DNA from: Octopus sinensis
Lineage: Eukaryota
DNA: 64,000 nucleotides
NCBI RefSeq assembly: GCF_006345805.1
Contig: NC_043000.1
Span: 19,840,001-19,904,000, forward strand
Direction: 5' to 3'
Positions 63,870 through 64,000 of the stretch are shown here, piece by piece. The notes beneath the pieces are model-generated. The model had not been told where the DNA came from. It searched no databases and saw only the letters and a list, made by a program, of their open reading frames with translations. The translations under genes were made by a program, and so were the position numbers. The stretch's first letter is position 1, and each line of letters starts with the position of its first letter.

Positions 63870-64000
63870 AATCAATTCCTGCTTGAGTAAATTTTGCTTT
63901 TCATTCTTCCAGAGTTGATAAAATAAGTACCAAGCATGTATTGGATTGATTCAATCAACAGTGTCCCTTCCCTCAATTTGTGTCAATGTCAGAGATCCCA
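63870..64000 (+). mobile_element. tRNA-SINE fragment running off the window end
   Basis: ttgctttcattcttccagagttgataaaataagtacc, the central domain of the (TTA)n-tailed family. Confidence 0.7.

Overview
AT-rich, microsatellite-dense animal genomic DNA. The SINE/LINE repertoire points to a coleoid cephalopod, probably Octopus (inference, not checked by search). The window lies inside one gene, a TTC7 (TTC7A/B, yeast Ypp1) orthologue on the minus strand. Seven GT-AG exons (60668-60828, 55834-55950, 54385-54485, 38459-38602, 29858-29955, 16126-16230, 12201-12292) splice in frame into about 272 aa of the C-terminal TPR region. The upstream exons and the last exon appear to lie outside the window. 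The introns are filled with decayed mobile DNA: RTE LINEs, R4/Dong-type RLE LINEs at (TAA)n tracts, several tRNA-derived SINE families, Ty3/Gypsy remnants (one with PPT and LTR), a Penelope-like element, two Helitron derivatives and mariner-, hAT- and piggyBac-like MITEs. The most notable observations are: (i) a compensatorily covarying 3' stem-loop (TGGGT loop) shared by two divergent R4/Dong copies, one of them a ~120-bp mini-element; (ii) strand-polarised (AAT)n tracts that string SINEs and R4 elements into trains; (iii) a 62/63-bp minisatellite with an 8-unit higher-order repeat grown inside an RTE 3'UTR; (iv) several intronic fold-back structures that are candidate ADAR substrates, including a 66-nt palindrome whose mismatches become A-C/A-G in the pre-mRNA. 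There is no CRISPR, rRNA or bona fide tRNA gene. All counts and identities were made by eye.
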